Source: an uncultured delta proteobacterium
GTDB taxonomy: Bacteria; Desulfobacterota; Syntrophia; Syntrophales; Smithellaceae
Reading direction: 5' to 3'
DNA length: 64,000 bases
Assembly: GCA_963753975.1 (NCBI GenBank)
Contig: CAVWEH010000004.1
Span: forward strand, 64,001 to 128,000
The notes beneath the pieces were generated by a model. It worked only from the letters and a program-made list of their open reading frames with translations. It had not been told where the DNA came from and searched no databases. Shown piece after piece: positions 1-9,929 of this stretch (the stretch's first letter is position 1; every line of letters starts with the position of its first letter). The position numbers and the translations under genes are program-made.

Positions 1-48
1 CAGGCAAATAACTACCAGCAAAGAAAAACTTGTTGATATTTTTTTCAT
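1..48 (-). CDS. 5' end of a gene running off the window, probably an exported protein (MKKISTSFSLLVVICL...)
   Basis: ATG at 48 preceded by GAGGA RBS; basic then hydrophobic N-terminus typical of a signal peptide. Confidence 0.55.
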   Translation of the reverse strand, partial: MKKISTSFSLLVVICL

Positions 49-184
49 AATATTCCTCACAATATTGAAGATATAGTAGCTGTACTTATATCACTTTCTG
101 TAATATTTGCTACATTTTTCGGAAACAAAGAATAAAAAAATTAAGATTCTTCAGTTATGTTGGATAAGATGTAAAAACTTTGTG

Positions 185-1666
185 TTATTCGATTATCCAG
201 CTAGTAGTATTATGAGAATCTTTCAGGGTAACATGCAGTTCGGCCAGCTCGTTTCTTATGGCATCCGCCCTGGCCCAATCTTTATCTTTTCGGGCAGATT
301 GCCTTTCTTTGATCAAGTTTTCAACTTTACCAATATCTAAGCCTCTTTTATTTGATTCCCTTTCTTTGTCGGATTGGAAGAAATAGTCCGGCTCATTCTG
401 AAAAATACCCAGCACCGCACCAAAATGATCGAACAATTTCTTCGTCTTCTTTAAAATCTCGACCTTATTGAAAGCTACTGTATTTTTCTCGGTAACAACG
501 AAATTATTCATGAATCTTACCAAATCAAAGACATAACCTAACGCCTGGGCTGTATTAAAATCATCATCCATTGCGGTGTCGAATTTCTCTTCCAACTCTT
601 TTATCTTACTTACGTAATTTTTCTCTTTTGCCGAATTTTTATCTGCAACAGACGTAGTGGATGCAGGCATTTCATTTAGCGTTTCTTTTAATAATTGTAA
701 CGCACTGTAACATCTGACTAATCCCGGCCTTGTTTCGGCTAAAGAATTTTCCGAATAATCAACAGGACTGCGGTAGTGGCTCTGCAGCATAAATAAGCGC
801 AATACTTCCGGGTGATAATTTTTGAGAATTTCTCTGACAGAAGAGATATTGCCTAAAGATTTTGACATTTTTTCCGAATTTATCTTAACAAAACCGTTAT
901 GCATCCAGTAATTAGCCAACGGTTTGCCTGTGGCCGCCTGTGATTGGGCGATCTCATTTTCATGATGCGGAAAAACCAGGTCTTCACCACCGCCGTGGAT
1001 GTCAAATGTTTCACCCAGATAGCGCTTGCTCATTGCGGAACATTCGATATGCCATCCGGGACGGCCTTTTCCCCAGGGGCTTCCCCAAAAGGGTTCGCCT
1101 TCTTTGCCTTTTTTCCAAAGCGCAAAATCCAGAGGATTCTTTTTTTTGTCATTGACGTCAATACGCGTGCCGGCATTCATATCTTCCAGATTTCTTCCGG
1201 AAAGGCCGCCATATAAAGGAAACTTGTCCACCGCAAAGTACACGTCTCCATCCACGCAATAAGCATTACCTTTTTTTATCAAAACACTGATCAGAGAGAT
1301 CATATCGTCTATGTGTTCTGTGGCTTTGGGGGTAATCGTCGGAGTGGCAACTCCCAAAGCCGCCATGTCTTCATCATGCAATTTGATGTAGCGTTCTGCT
1401 ATTTCTGTAATGCTGACGTTTTCTCTTTTTGCGCGGTCAATAATTTTATCATCGATATCGGTAAAATTTTTGACATAAGTAACATGATAACCTCGTGCCC
1501 GCAAATGCCTGACCACAACATCAAAAACTATTGCGGCACGGGCATGCCCTATGTGACAAACATCATAAGCGGTAATCCCGCAAACATACATGCCTATGGC
1601 TCCCTCTTTTACCGGTTTTAATACTTCTTTTTTTCTGGTAGCCGTATTAAATATTTTCTGGGACAT
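185..1666 (-). CDS. cysS: cysteine--tRNA ligase
   Basis: YVCGITAYDVCHIGH (HIGH), GRPGWHIECSAM, DIHGGGEDLVFPHHENE and KMSKS motifs; start set at MSQKIFNT. Confidence 0.97.
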   Translation of the reverse strand: MSQKIFNTATRKKEVLKPVKEGAIGMYVCGITAYDVCHIGHARAAIVFDVVVRHLRARGYHVTYVKNFTDIDDKIIDRAKRENVSITEIAERYIKLHDEDMAALGVATPTITPKATEHIDDMISLISVLIKKGNAYCVDGDVYFAVDKFPLYGGLSGRNLEDMNAGTRIDVNDKKKNPLDFALWKKGKEGEPFWGSPWGKGRPGWHIECSAMSKRYLGETFDIHGGGEDLVFPHHENEIAQSQAATGKPLANYWMHNGFVKINSEKMSKSLGNISSVREILKNYHPEVLRLFMLQSHYRSPVDYSENSLAETRPGLVRCYSALQLLKETLNEMPASTTSVADKNSAKEKNYVSKIKELEEKFDTAMDDDFNTAQALGYVFDLVRFMNNFVVTEKNTVAFNKVEILKKTKKLFDHFGAVLGIFQNEPDYFFQSDKERESNKRGLDIGKVENLIKERQSARKDKDWARADAIRNELAELHVTLKDSHNTTSWIIE

Positions 1667-1688
1667 TTTTTTCCTAAACTTGCTTTCA

Positions 1689-2726
1689 TCAGGGATAGAG
1701 CGGTATATTTTGCAAACCAGCGTGTTCTTCAAAACCGCAGACTATATTCATATTTTGCACTGCCTGGCCGGCGGCGCCTTTAACTAAGTTATCGATTGCC
1801 GCCATAATAATGATCCTATTTGTCCGTGGGTCAAGAACCAAACCTATGTCACAGTAATTTGATCCGCAAACGGAAGATATATTCGGATACGATCCGGCAG
1901 GATAAACCCTCACAAATTTTTCTCCGGCATAAAACGAGGAATAAAGAGCGTGTAACTCCATCAAATCAATCTTTTTCTTTAGTGTCGCATAAATAGTGCT
2001 CAAAATTCCGCGTTTTACGGGCAATAAATGCGGCGTAAAAGAGATATTAAATTTTTCGCCAGCCAGTAAGTTCAGCTCTTGTTCAATTTCCGGAGTATGT
2101 CGGTGCTGACCTATCTTATATGCTTTAAAACCACCGTCAACTTCACAAAAAAGAGACCCCGTCTGCGGTTCCCGCCCCGCCCCGCTCACACCGGAAGCCG
2201 CGTCGGCAATAATAGAGGATACGTCTATAAGCTTATTTTTCAGGGCAGGCGCCAGACCTAAGATGATGCCGGTAGGATAACAACCCGGATTAGCTATAAA
2301 ATCAGCTTTTTTTATTTCCTGCCGGTAAATTTCGGGAATTCCATAGATAGCATTCTTTAAAATTTTGCTGCTGCTATGTTTACCATACCAAGCTTCATAA
2401 GTTTTTATATCGTGTAAGCGATAATCAGCGCTTAAATCGATTACTTTCTTCCCGGCCTGAATAAAGACAGGAGCAATATCCATGGAAACGCCGTGAGGGA
2501 GCGCCAGAAAAACAACATCGCTCGCTTCAGCTACCTCTTTCGGTGTTGCATTTTTATATTTCAATGATGTGAGACCGTACAGCGCCGGAAATACATCGGC
2601 CACGGGCAAACCGGCAAACCGCCGTGAAGTAACAGCTATTAATTCTGTTTCCGGATGCCCCAGTAAAATCCTGGTCAATTCCTGACCAGTATAACCGCTG
2701 GCTCCAAATATTGCTACTTTTACCAT
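1689..2726 (-). CDS. argC: N-acetyl-gamma-glutamyl-phosphate reductase
   Basis: GASGYTG, IANPGCYPT, SGVSGAGR and DNLVKGAAGQAVQN motifs. Confidence 0.97.
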   Translation of the reverse strand: MVKVAIFGASGYTGQELTRILLGHPETELIAVTSRRFAGLPVADVFPALYGLTSLKYKNATPKEVAEASDVVFLALPHGVSMDIAPVFIQAGKKVIDLSADYRLHDIKTYEAWYGKHSSSKILKNAIYGIPEIYRQEIKKADFIANPGCYPTGIILGLAPALKNKLIDVSSIIADAASGVSGAGREPQTGSLFCEVDGGFKAYKIGQHRHTPEIEQELNLLAGEKFNISFTPHLLPVKRGILSTIYATLKKKIDLMELHALYSSFYAGEKFVRVYPAGSYPNISSVCGSNYCDIGLVLDPRTNRIIIMAAIDNLVKGAAGQAVQNMNIVCGFEEHAGLQNIPLYP

Positions 2727-2738
2727 AAAAAATCCTCC

Positions 2739-2768
2739 AAAAAAAAGGGAGGCCTGAAGCCCCCCTTG
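2739..2768 (-). terminator. intrinsic terminator after rplM-rpsI
   Basis: Minus strand AAGGGGGGC-TTCAG-GCCTCCCTT followed by a T run. Confidence 0.7.
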
Positions 2769-2774
2769 TTGAAA

Positions 2775-3167
2775 TTAACGCTTGGAGAATTGGAATCTTT
2801 TCCTTGCTCCCGGCTGCCCGTATTTCTTTCTTTCTTTGATGCGGGCATCTCTGGTTAAAAAGCCCGCTTTCTTGAGAACTGCACGGAGCTCGGCATCATA
2901 TTCCAAGAGAGCTTTAGATATTCCATGTTTTACTGCCCCTGCCTGACCGGCTACTCCGCCGCCGCTCACATTAACATATAGATCAAATTGATCTTTTTTA
3001 CCAGCAATTTCGAAAGGTTGCTTGATGGCCATTTTCAAGCTGGGACGAGTAAAATATTCATCATAATTTCTCTTATTGACTACAATATTTCCATTACCCG
3101 CTTTCATATAAACACGGGCAATAGCACTCTTTCTTTTACCAGTTGCATAATAACGTTGTTCTGACAT
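2775..3167 (-). CDS. rpsI: 30S ribosomal protein S9
   Basis: [12 protein letters not shown]-terminal [19 protein letters not shown]. Confidence 0.99.
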   Translation of the reverse strand: MSEQRYYATGKRKSAIARVYMKAGNGNIVVNKRNYDEYFTRPSLKMAIKQPFEIAGKKDQFDLYVNVSGGGVAGQAGAVKHGISKALLEYDAELRAVLKKAGFLTRDARIKERKKYGQPGARKRFQFSKR

Positions 3168-3217
3168 AGCTACTCCAATATTAGATAATTACTAGCTTAT
3201 CTCCATCTCCCGGCAAA

Positions 3218-3646
3218 CTAAACAGACAAAGCATGGGGACACTGGGCTTCATGAGGATGAGTATTCCCAGCATAAACTTTCAGTTTTTTTAGCATTCTTC
3301 GACCTAGATTATTTTTAGGCAACATACCCGCAACAGCCATGCGGATTAAGTTTTCCGGTTTTTCTGCCAATGTCTTTCCGGCGTTAGTTTCTCTCAATCC
3401 GCCGGGATAACCGGAATATGAATAATAAATCTTGTCGTTTAGCTTTTTCCCGGTAAGCATAACTTTTTCCGCATTAACTACAACAATAAAATCACCGGTA
3501 TCAACATGAGGCGTATAGATAGCTTTGTGCTTTCCCCTCAAACGAAGCGCTATTTCACTAGCCAGCCGTCCTAATACCTTGCCGGAAGCGTCAACAATAA
3601 ACCACTCCTTGTTTGACGACCCTGCTTTTGCCGTATAAGTCTTCAT
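3218..3646 (-). CDS. rplM: 50S ribosomal protein L13
   Basis: [16 protein letters not shown] and YTPHVDTGD. Confidence 0.99.
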   Translation of the reverse strand: MKTYTAKAGSSNKEWFIVDASGKVLGRLASEIALRLRGKHKAIYTPHVDTGDFIVVVNAEKVMLTGKKLNDKIYYSYSGYPGGLRETNAGKTLAEKPENLIRMAVAGMLPKNNLGRRMLKKLKVYAGNTHPHEAQCPHALSV

Positions 3647-3829
3647 AATAAAATCACCGCTTTGGTCAAAAAATTTAACAGTAATACTTATTTAATTTCA
3701 TTATACTTGTCAAGCAAATAATCACCAAATATTTCAAAATATTTAGAATTAATTGTGCTTATTAACCGATTTCCCGCAGTCTTGATAAATTATTATAAAA
3801 TAAGCAATCAACGTAAAAATATGATAAAT

Positions 3830-5920
3830 TTACAATTTACCCAATCCAGCTAATGATATTTTCAGCAAAAGCCTGGAATCGATATCAGTCTGCGTATAAT
3901 CCAGCCCTAAGCTCCAACACTGACTATTATAAATCAATCCCACTGTATTTTCCACTGTTCTGGAATTGAACAGATCTCGTCTCGAAACAAAGTTGCCGGT
4001 AATATTATTAGTAATGACCACCTTCAAGTTAACGTCGATTTCTTCAATAGAGTCGAGGGTATATCGATAACCAGCTGTCAGCATGTCTCCTCGCCAGTCC
4101 TTGATATTCAAATCATAATTCGTTTGTGTCCAGCCGTCATAAACACTGTACTGATTGCGGCCCACAAATGAAAAATATTTATACGGATTAAAATCAAACT
4201 CTATTCCCAGATCGGAGAAAGGGTGCCTTACGGCAGTGATAGGAACAGTAATCCCTTCTGTGCCCCTCGTAGCGTCGTTAATATTATAAGTTTGAAACAG
4301 CTTGAGCCTTAAAAATTCCAGATAACTGTATGCGCCTGCATCATCTCTTACTTTAGCAATAAAAGTGTTCGTTAGCGCCCACATAACGCCGTTTTGTTCA
4401 GCTATTGCCACCATATAATCAGGTATATTATCCTGTCTCACATTTGGTGTGTAGGAATAGGTTATTTCCGGTTTAATCTCATGCCTGATTTTCTCCACGT
4501 TTAGAACCTTGAAATCATATATACGCGACAGTTGACTGCTGACATCTAAAGACGCGGTATAAAGCGTACGATCTCCGCTTTTTTGATCGCCTTGCGCTTG
4601 GCTGTCATCGCGTATCCAAGCACTTTCACTAAAGGCAATTTGCGGCGTAATCTTGGCATAGCCGGACATATTTAAAGGCAAAGAAAAAGTAGGAGATAAA
4701 TCAAAAAAGTGTCCCTTTTGTCCTTCTCCTCGATAAAAATAATCATAAGTGCCGGTGAGCTCATAGTATAAAGGAGTTTTTAAGAGGGGCTGTTTGATGC
4801 CGGTAGCAACTATTTCCGGATATTTTTGCAGGGTCATGTCATTATTGGCTAAGGCAAAATCATCCGTGGAACTGATCAATCCCGTTAAATTGTAATTAGA
4901 CCATCCTTTATATACACGGGCTGTTGATTCCAGTGAGCGCAGGGATTCATCGCCGTAGAAAGGAACCTTTTTAAACGGATCTTGTTCTGTTTGGGCATAA
5001 TTATCAAGGTAGTAGTTGTGAGCCGAGAAATCGCGAAAATACCAGGCATCGGAAACTTTGCGCAAATCAGTTCTCACGTAGAATTGAGGATCGAAATCCG
5101 TTTCGTGATTCAAATAATACGACCAGCGTTTGTGCATTTCCTGCCAATTACGGCTGGCTGGAGTATCAGTTGTTTCGATTACATGTTTCGTATCCTCCAT
5201 ATAATCGCCGTAAAAAGTGCCGAAAGATTTACTTCCTAAATAATATCTGAATTCCCCGCCTTCTTTAAATCCTCTTTTTTCAATGTAACGCTGATATAAT
5301 GTCGCATCCATTTGAGGAGAAATCGCCCAAAAAAAAGGAATTTCGATGTCCATTCCATCCTGCTCTCTGGAATAAGAAAGATAAGGAAGAAGAAATCCCG
5401 ATTGCCGTTGGGTTTTTGCGGGGAAAGGAACAAACGGAGAATAAAAAACCGGCAAGCCTTTCGTGACTAGCCGGGCATTTTCCATTAAACCATAACCCTC
5501 AATTGTTACGTTCATTTCGCTGCCGTCGATTTCCCAATCCGGAGAATCTCCAGTGCAGGTTGTGGCTCTCGGCTGCTCAATGAAATATGTCTGTTCCCCG
5601 GTCTTTTCAATTTTATCGCCTTTAACATAAAAATGGTTTCTCGCGTAAAAAGCTTTGCCCTTATAAGCAACGCCGGTTTTATTTTCGATGTTGAAAATGA
5701 TTTTGTCTCCTTGCAGGGTATCTTCTCCCATTTTTATCAAAACATTGCCCTGCGCTGTGGCAATATTGTTCTTATTATCCCATTCCACACTGTCCGCCTC
5801 AATTTCCAGAGGATTTTTATCTTCTTTGGTTTCATCGGCAGAAACTCTGGTATATGAAATCAGTAACATTCCCATCGCAAAACAGGTAACTATAAATTTA
5901 TGTTTCAATTGACCGATCAA
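3830..5920 (-). CDS. lptD: LPS-assembly protein LptD (OstA-type N domain plus beta-barrel)
   Basis: Signal peptide, IEADSVEW, TTCTGDSPDW, RQSGFLLP, PFFWAISPQMDAT and C-terminal YNSQCW. Confidence 0.88.
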   Translation of the reverse strand: MIGQLKHKFIVTCFAMGMLLISYTRVSADETKEDKNPLEIEADSVEWDNKNNIATAQGNVLIKMGEDTLQGDKIIFNIENKTGVAYKGKAFYARNHFYVKGDKIEKTGEQTYFIEQPRATTCTGDSPDWEIDGSEMNVTIEGYGLMENARLVTKGLPVFYSPFVPFPAKTQRQSGFLLPYLSYSREQDGMDIEIPFFWAISPQMDATLYQRYIEKRGFKEGGEFRYYLGSKSFGTFYGDYMEDTKHVIETTDTPASRNWQEMHKRWSYYLNHETDFDPQFYVRTDLRKVSDAWYFRDFSAHNYYLDNYAQTEQDPFKKVPFYGDESLRSLESTARVYKGWSNYNLTGLISSTDDFALANNDMTLQKYPEIVATGIKQPLLKTPLYYELTGTYDYFYRGEGQKGHFFDLSPTFSLPLNMSGYAKITPQIAFSESAWIRDDSQAQGDQKSGDRTLYTASLDVSSQLSRIYDFKVLNVEKIRHEIKPEITYSYTPNVRQDNIPDYMVAIAEQNGVMWALTNTFIAKVRDDAGAYSYLEFLRLKLFQTYNINDATRGTEGITVPITAVRHPFSDLGIEFDFNPYKYFSFVGRNQYSVYDGWTQTNYDLNIKDWRGDMLTAGYRYTLDSIEEIDVNLKVVITNNITGNFVSRRDLFNSRTVENTVGLIYNSQCWSLGLDYTQTDIDSRLLLKISLAGLGKL

Positions 5921-5949
5921 AATAAAGACCTCGTTTATTTATTAAAAAT

Positions 5950-7230
5950 TCAGTGTTTCTTAGCACAAGAAACAATTTTAGGAAACTTTTGTTTTACTTC
6001 ACCGGCAAGATAAAAAGAGCCTGTTGCGCAAATTAAATCTTTTTTTTCGGCCAAAACTTGCGCTTTCCGAATCGCCTTCCCCACATTTTGCGTCACTATC
6101 GCCTTATATCCTGTTTTATCCAATATTTTCAGCATATTATCCGGTAGTTCCGCACGAGTTGTCTTTAATTTAGTTAAAATTATTTTATTTGCCAGCGGAG
6201 CTATTTTTTTTAGCATTTGACGATAATCTTTATCGACAAGAGATCCAAAAATAAGAATTAACCGTTTATAAGAAAAATTGTTTTTTAGAGCCCGGCATAA
6301 GACGCTGATTCCAGCCGGATTATGCGCGCCGTCCAACAGAAAAAGAGGCTCTTTCTGTAAAACTTCCAACCGGGCATCTAAGCGTGCTTTTTTAAGACCG
6401 GCGCGAATTGCATCGTTATCTATCTTCAAACGATTTTTATCACTAAGCTCAACTGCGGCCACGGCCAGCGCGGCATTAGCCAACTGATGTTCTCCCTGCA
6501 GAGAAATAGTTAACCCACTCAATTTACGGTACAGTCCCTGGTAAGCAAAAAAAGATTTTTTTTGTTTTGCTATTTTTATATCAGCCCCCAGTCGATAGAG
6601 TTTCGCTTTGCGTTCTGCGCAAACATTTTTCAACACCTGCAAAACCTTTTTTTGCTTTGCCGCCGTAAGGCAAATGCCGTTTTGTTTGATGATACCCGCT
6701 TTTTCACTGGTAATTGATTCCAGAGTATTGCCTAGATAGGCCAGATGGTCGAAGGCAATATTGGTAATTATCGAAACCAGCGGCCGGCAGACATTGGTGG
6801 CATCAAGCCTTCCGCCTAATCCAACCTCCAGTACCGCAATATCCACTTTTTCGCGCTGGAAATAAATAAAAGCAGCAACAGTCAAAAATTCGAAATATGT
6901 TAAGGGTTTTTTCAGCTTTTCTTTTATATCTGCGATGACTTGGTCAAAGTCTTTCCAGGCGATTTTTTTCCCATTGATAACAATTCTTTCCCGAATATCA
7001 ATTAGATGCGGAGAGGTGTAAAGGCCAACCTTATAACCGGCGCTTTCCAGTATAGAAGCAGTCATTGTCGCTGTTGATCCTTTACCGTTGGTACCGGCAA
7101 TCAATATTGTCTTATAGTCATTTTGCGGATTGCCCAACCTTGATAAAAGTTCGGCAATTGCTTCCAATCCAAAATGCATGACATCAACATTCAAGCCGGT
7201 AAGATAAACAAAAGGATCAAATTTTTTCAT
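5950..7230 (-). CDS. folC: bifunctional folylpolyglutamate/dihydrofolate synthase
   Basis: IAGTNGKGST, YTSPHL, LEVGLGGRLDATN and LDGAHNPAG. Confidence 0.96.
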   Translation of the reverse strand: MKKFDPFVYLTGLNVDVMHFGLEAIAELLSRLGNPQNDYKTILIAGTNGKGSTATMTASILESAGYKVGLYTSPHLIDIRERIVINGKKIAWKDFDQVIADIKEKLKKPLTYFEFLTVAAFIYFQREKVDIAVLEVGLGGRLDATNVCRPLVSIITNIAFDHLAYLGNTLESITSEKAGIIKQNGICLTAAKQKKVLQVLKNVCAERKAKLYRLGADIKIAKQKKSFFAYQGLYRKLSGLTISLQGEHQLANAALAVAAVELSDKNRLKIDNDAIRAGLKKARLDARLEVLQKEPLFLLDGAHNPAGISVLCRALKNNFSYKRLILIFGSLVDKDYRQMLKKIAPLANKIILTKLKTTRAELPDNMLKILDKTGYKAIVTQNVGKAIRKAQVLAEKKDLICATGSFYLAGEVKQKFPKIVSCAKKH

Positions 7231-7244
7231 TTGTTGTGGGATGA

Positions 7245-8012
7245 TTAAATACGGATTATTTGACCATCTTCAATAATATGAATTTTTCTATCTTTTATTG
7301 CCGCTACTTCTTGGCGTATAACTTCCTGGTAGCTGGGTTTCATGTGATAGAGGTAAATATCCGGTTTTTTCCCTTTCAATTTTTTAAGTTCCGCCTGTAA
7401 AGAAGATGGAGTGAGATGTCTCGTTATATCGGCAACATCTTTCATAGAATCCGGCAAGGAGGTCTCCATAAAGATAGCCTGAAGTCCTTTAGTTTTTTGG
7501 GCTTCCTGCCAAGCTTCCTTCGTCGGTCCGGTGTCGCCTAAAAACATTAAGGCTTTACTTTTGGATGCGATCACGTATCCGACAGTTTCCACCGTATGAT
7601 TAAGATCAATGGCTTTGATTTGTAAATTACTGATTGTCTGTTTTTTACCGGGTACAATTGCCCGAAATTTTACCAGCGGTGCTTTGGCGCTTGGTATTTT
7701 GGAAAAATCCGGCCAGATGACATTGTTAAATAAATGGCGGTGAAGGGAATCGAGAATGCCTTTTGTACTGACAATCACCAAAGGTCTTTTCCTGCGTTGA
7801 AAAAATATATTATCGGCGAGAAACGTAATATCACGCACGTGATCCAGATGAGCATGCGTTATAAAAACATAATCTATTTTTAACTGTTCCCGAAGACTTA
7901 AAACAGTAGTGACCGTTCCGGCATCCAATAAAACGTTCTGCCCGAGGAGGAAACTTGTTGTATTATAATTAGGAAGCTGTGAACCGTGACAACCCAGCAC
8001 CCTGATTTTCAT
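7245..8012 (-). CDS. metallo-beta-lactamase-fold 3',5'-cyclic-nucleotide phosphodiesterase (class II-like)
   Basis: VLGCHGS, LDAGT, THAHLDH, HLFNNVIWPDF, GDTGPT and HLTP motifs. Confidence 0.8.
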   Translation of the reverse strand: MKIRVLGCHGSQLPNYNTTSFLLGQNVLLDAGTVTTVLSLREQLKIDYVFITHAHLDHVRDITFLADNIFFQRRKRPLVIVSTKGILDSLHRHLFNNVIWPDFSKIPSAKAPLVKFRAIVPGKKQTISNLQIKAIDLNHTVETVGYVIASKSKALMFLGDTGPTKEAWQEAQKTKGLQAIFMETSLPDSMKDVADITRHLTPSSLQAELKKLKGKKPDIYLYHMKPSYQEVIRQEVAAIKDRKIHIIEDGQIIRI

Positions 8013-8319
8013 TTTCTGCTCCTCGTAGGTTGATTATCTTATAAAGTAGCATACCTTCGCCAAGCAGGCAACGAATTTATGAAAAAGTTTGAAAAAAGAT
8101 GATAAAATAATGTAGTTACTATATGGTATTAAAAAGGTACTCGCTAACGATGAACTCATATATGTTAATAATAAGACCGGAAACAAAGATGACTTTACCA
8201 AGATTACACAAATAAACGACGCGGGGCAGTCAACTGAGCGAAAAAAGTGTTGCGTTAATTCTGCGTCTGCTGGATTAATTTTTGGGTTTTACTTATTGCC
8301 TCCCATTGTTTACGCATGT

Positions 8320-8754
8320 TTATTTCAGAACATTTGGAAGATAAATTTTTTTAACAGACGATATTTCATTAGCTATTTGAACAAAGGGCCAGGGTTTAGT
8401 CTCCGGGGTTACATCCAGCCTCGCATAAGTAAGGTCTGCTACTTCTTTTCCTGCTCGTTTCTTAGATAACTTTAACATCTCTGTAAGTTTAGGACGAACC
8501 TTTAGCCAATCGTCGGGCGATGGAAAATAATCCTCCGCGATGACGTCATCTATCTGTGGCTTGTCGTTGTAAAGAAAATCCATTAGCACACGTACATGAA
8601 TCACAAAGGACTCTAATAGTGCCTTTGCAATGGGACCCTGTCCTGCGATACCAGAGCCAATCCCATGGGCTAAACAAGTGAGCATCCACATTTCATAGTG
8701 CAAATGTTCTGATGCTTCTCTGAGTTCTTCATCTGCGCGAATTTTTCTACCCAT
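8320..8754 (-). CDS. hypothetical helical protein, possibly HEPN-like
   Basis: 144-aa ORF with an upstream extended -10 (TGCTATAAT at 8820-8828); ESFVIHVRVLMDFLY and KRAGKEVADLTYAR segments. Confidence 0.6.
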   Translation of the reverse strand: MGRKIRADEELREASEHLHYEMWMLTCLAHGIGSGIAGQGPIAKALLESFVIHVRVLMDFLYNDKPQIDDVIAEDYFPSPDDWLKVRPKLTEMLKLSKKRAGKEVADLTYARLDVTPETKPWPFVQIANEISSVKKIYLPNVLK

Positions 8755-8861
8755 ATTGTCTTATTATGCGACCCACCAATTAATATATGAACTTCGCTTT
8801 TTTCCGTAGTATTTCCAAGATTATAGCATACAATATTTTTTGTAAAAGAATAAAATCGCAT

Positions 8862-9071
8862 ATGTGAGCAATGGCAGTTGAACGGGGCTGTAGTGAGCGA
8901 ATATCCCCGAAACGTTGTGGCTCTAGGCGAAATGAGGCGTAAAGCAGCCGAAGTGTTTGAACCGCCGTGGTGGTGAGTTTTCGGCTGCCACGACATGAGC
9001 CATAGAGCAACAGTTGCCGGGAGATTCTGAGCGAACAAATGCCCGTTCAACTGCCGCACTACTTCTCACAT
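8862..9071. repeat. long imperfect palindrome (MITE/REP-like)
   Basis: Nested inverted repeats ATGTGAG/CTCACAT, perfect 14-bp GGCAGTTGAACGGG (8873-8886)/CCCGTTCAACTGCC (9042-9055), GCAGCCGAA/TTCGGCTGC. Confidence 0.75.
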
Positions 9072-9101
9072 TCGCTCGGAGTAATGTGGATGACCGTAGT
9101 G

Positions 9102-9929
9102 CTAACTTTTTTCGGAGATTAAACTCTGCCAGGTGTGCCGCTCCAGAAAAGAACCAGGAACGTTTTGCTCCATTTCCTCGAAAAGCGCAAAAGGCGCAGA
9201 AAAGGTCATGAGATTAGCATCACCTAATTGTTTGCGGATATAGACACGGGCGGAAAGATCAGTCAACCCCACAACCGCACGTGGTCTTTTTGATTTAGCT
9301 TCACGGTAAGGATAAATGCCGATGGTCTGACACCCGGCGGCATAAGGAATAATCACATTTTCATTATAGCCGCGTCCATAATTAGCCAAGACGACCAGTG
9401 CGGAAAGCTGATCGGGATTAACAAAGAAAATTACCGTCTGAGGTTTTTCCTTCTTTGCATCAACATTGCCCAGCGGCTGAAAAACAACATAAGGCTCAGG
9501 AACATCCTTTATCGGCAGGTTCTTAATAAATTCTTTCACCAGCGCGGGAGTTTTAACGTAGCGCTCACCCTGCAAAAAATTATCATACGCTTCGGCACGC
9601 ATAAACGGTCTGATCTTTCCGGCCAACTCCGGACCACCTTCTCGCGCGGCATTTCCCGCTGACAAAAAATAGCAAAAGCCCTCTTCACCGCCGGGAAAAT
9701 TTTTATACTGATTACCGAAGCCCAATCCTACTCCGCCGCCGAAACAGCCGAATGTTTTGATATCGGCAACAGCCGTTTTCCCCTTTGCGGCATGAACAGC
9801 AAGCCACATAACACAACCCCATTTGCCCTCCTGAAACTGCATCGCGTTTTGCGGCTTTTCTTTCGACCAGAGCAAAACCACCGGCTGGCATTTGAGCTGA
9901 ATTGCTTTTGCTATTGCGCTTTCCCTCAC
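9102..9929 (-). CDS. DUF169-family protein
   Basis: WGCVMW, FGCFGGGVGLGFG, NPDQLSALVVLANY, PYAAGCQ and AVVGLTDLSAR; GTG start overlaps the DUF72 stop. Confidence 0.75.
   Translation of the reverse strand: MRESAIAKAIQLKCQPVVLLWSKEKPQNAMQFQEGKWGCVMWLAVHAAKGKTAVADIKTFGCFGGGVGLGFGNQYKNFPGGEEGFCYFLSAGNAAREGGPELAGKIRPFMRAEAYDNFLQGERYVKTPALVKEFIKNLPIKDVPEPYVVFQPLGNVDAKKEKPQTVIFFVNPDQLSALVVLANYGRGYNENVIIPYAAGCQTIGIYPYREAKSKRPRAVVGLTDLSARVYIRKQLGDANLMTFSAPFALFEEMEQNVPGSFLERHTWQSLISEKS

Noticed and set aside
8670..9059. ORFs across the long palindrome
   Set aside because: No recognisable protein features; they overlie the repeat and the promoter of the 144-aa gene
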